From positions 289,044,001 through 289,108,000 of the forward strand of contig OZ024740.1 in NCBI GenBank assembly GCA_964016885.1: a stretch of DNA of 64,000 nucleotides. Direction: 5' to 3'. The position numbers and the translations under genes were made by a program. The DNA comes from Eledone cirrhosa. Lineage: Eukaryota. Below the pieces are notes generated by a model that made no database searches, was not told the DNA's origin, and was given only the letters and a program-made list of their open reading frames with translations. This document shows positions 63,829 through 64,000 of this stretch, piece after piece. Each line of letters starts with the position of its first letter. Within the stretch, counting starts at the first letter, position 1.

Positions 63829-64000
63829 TGGTGGATTGGCAGTATCAGTAGAGGGTTGGACGCCATGCTTTGCAGCATAGAGTTACGCCCCTTTATGATC
63901 TGAGTTCAAATCCCGCCGAGGTTAACTTTGCCTTTCATCCTTATGGGGTCGATAAAATAAAGTACCAGTAATACACTGGGTAATTGCTGGCCTTGTGCCA
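63829..64000 (+). mobile_element. Young Deu/Nin-core SINE running off the window end
   Basis: ggtggattggcagtatcagtagag...gagttcaaatcccgccgaggttaactttgcc...ccttgtgcca. Confidence 0.93.

Overview
AT-rich, microsatellite-dense animal genomic DNA. The repeat landscape strongly resembles Octopus/coleoid cephalopod DNA; this is an inference from repeat families, not a database result. The only host gene I can support is a + strand TTC7 (TTC7B/TTC7A, YPP1-like TPR subunit of the PI4KA complex) orthologue. Seven phase-consistent GT-AG exons (818 coding nt) lie between 11996 and 62278, and the gene runs off both ends of the window. The introns are packed with decayed mobile elements: RTE-clade LINEs of three kinds (one with a PHD-type C4HC3 finger inside the RT, one with C-terminal C2H2 fingers, one Expander/Rex3-like), R4/Dong, Tx1/L1 and CR1 fragments, a Helitron remnant, mariner, hAT and piggyBac-type MITEs, and many tRNA-derived SINEs. 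The most notable observations are: (i) a young SINE whose 3' tail aligns without gaps to the 3' end of the Tx1 LINE and which inserts into (ATT)n tracts with 14-17 bp TSDs, a candidate target-specific SINE/LINE pair; (ii) a degenerate hammerhead-ribozyme core in a ~278-bp tandem repeat; (iii) an 82-bp fold-back hairpin at a LINE breakpoint; (iv) a palindromic unit/(GAT)n-spacer array just after an exon; (v) the PHD finger embedded in the RT. No CRISPR array, rRNA or genuine tRNA gene was found.
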